Of a stretch of 64,000 nt of DNA, positions 58,260 to 64,000 are shown in pieces (within the stretch, counting starts at the first letter, position 1; each line of letters begins with the position of its first letter). The translations under genes were made by a program, and so were the position numbers. This stretch comes from Vicugna vicugna. Lineage: Eukaryota. Location: NCBI GenBank assembly GCA_013265495.1, contig MU061049.1:1673596-1737595 (forward strand), read 5' to 3'. Under the pieces are notes generated by a model, which saw nothing but the letters and a program-made list of their open reading frames with translations, searched no databases and was not told the DNA's origin.

Positions 58260-58430
58260 GGGACCCCAAGGCTCAGCACTTAGAAGAGCCACAGTAAAGG
58301 TTTCTTGAATAAATGACTGAGCAGGTGGCACTGGAACTGAGATCTCACGGATGAGAAAATAGATGTGCGAAGCACAGGGTGTAGGGAACTCTGAGCAGAG
58401 GGAACAGCCTGTGCAAAGGCCCAGAGGTGT
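58260..58430 (-). mobile_element. L2 fragment
   Basis: ttgaataaatgactgagc...agagggaacagcctgtgcaaaggcccagagg. Confidence 0.6.
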
Positions 58431-58670
58431 GGATGGGCTTGGCCCTTTGAGTAACAGAGGAGGTGGGAGCACGTGGTGGGTGGCAGAGGAGGGCGGGGCC
58501 GGACCACATGGAGCCGGGGCTGTGCTGGGGCAGAGGCTGGGGCACAGGGGTTCCTGCTTGGCATTCTCTTCCCGTTACGGCTAGCTCAGCCTACACGACA
58601 GGGACCAGAAACACAGGGGCACCCACCCCCCAGAACAAACACACCCCACTGGAGAGCACACAGAAGTGAC

Positions 58671-58676
58671 TTTAAT
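58671..58676 (-). terminator. AIRE polyadenylation signal ATTAAA
   Basis: tttaat on plus, about 230 nt past the stop. Confidence 0.6.
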
Positions 58677-58902
58677 TTCAGTGCACATGGTGGCTTTGTG
58701 CTGCCAAGACAGGGCTGTTGACAAGCTGAGAGTTAACAGCACTTGAACTCAGTTCCTAGTCCTAACCCGGCAGCTGCCAGAGGTGAGGGAGCACGTCCCC
58801 TTCTGTCCCTTTCAGAGCAGAGTCGCTGCCTCCGTGAGGGTGAGGTCTGCTCTGGGGCTTCGCCTCCCCCTCCCATGCTGCCTGCAGGCTGGGAGTCCCT
58901 GA

Positions 58903-63998
<5,096 letters not shown>

Positions 63999-64000
63999 CA

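Overview
Mammalian genomic DNA. A tRNA-derived SINE at 216-300 resembles the camelid Vic-1 type, so a camelid source is inferred but not proven. The window is syntenic with human 21q22.3. It holds four spliced genes: TRPM2 coding exons 1-2 (minus, runs off the left edge), complete CFAP410/C21orf2 (plus, 7 coding exons, 255-256 aa), complete PFKL (minus, 22 coding exons, 780 aa) and AIRE exons 8-14 (minus, the rest lies beyond the right edge). All exons were rebuilt by hand with GT-AG boundaries and consistent reading phase. The rest is CpG islands, ERV1/MaLR LTRs, L1/L2/MIR/MER58 remnants, simple repeats and one 29-N gap. There are no prokaryotic features, rRNA, true tRNA or CRISPR arrays. Most ORFs in the supplied track are GC-rich artefacts. 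The best leads are: (i) non-conservative PFKL substitutions at regulatory positions (Ser377Asn in the allosteric activator pocket, Ala703Asp/Pro704Ala beside the filament residue Asn702); (ii) a CCAAT/octamer-rich solo LTR in PFKL intron 1, in sense orientation, with TATA, polyA signal and a splice donor that could feed exon 2; (iii) apparent loss of the ancestral AIRE exon 12 donor, with an in-frame 10-codon extension. Comparisons to human, mouse and paralog sequences, and repeat family names, are from recall and need database confirmation.
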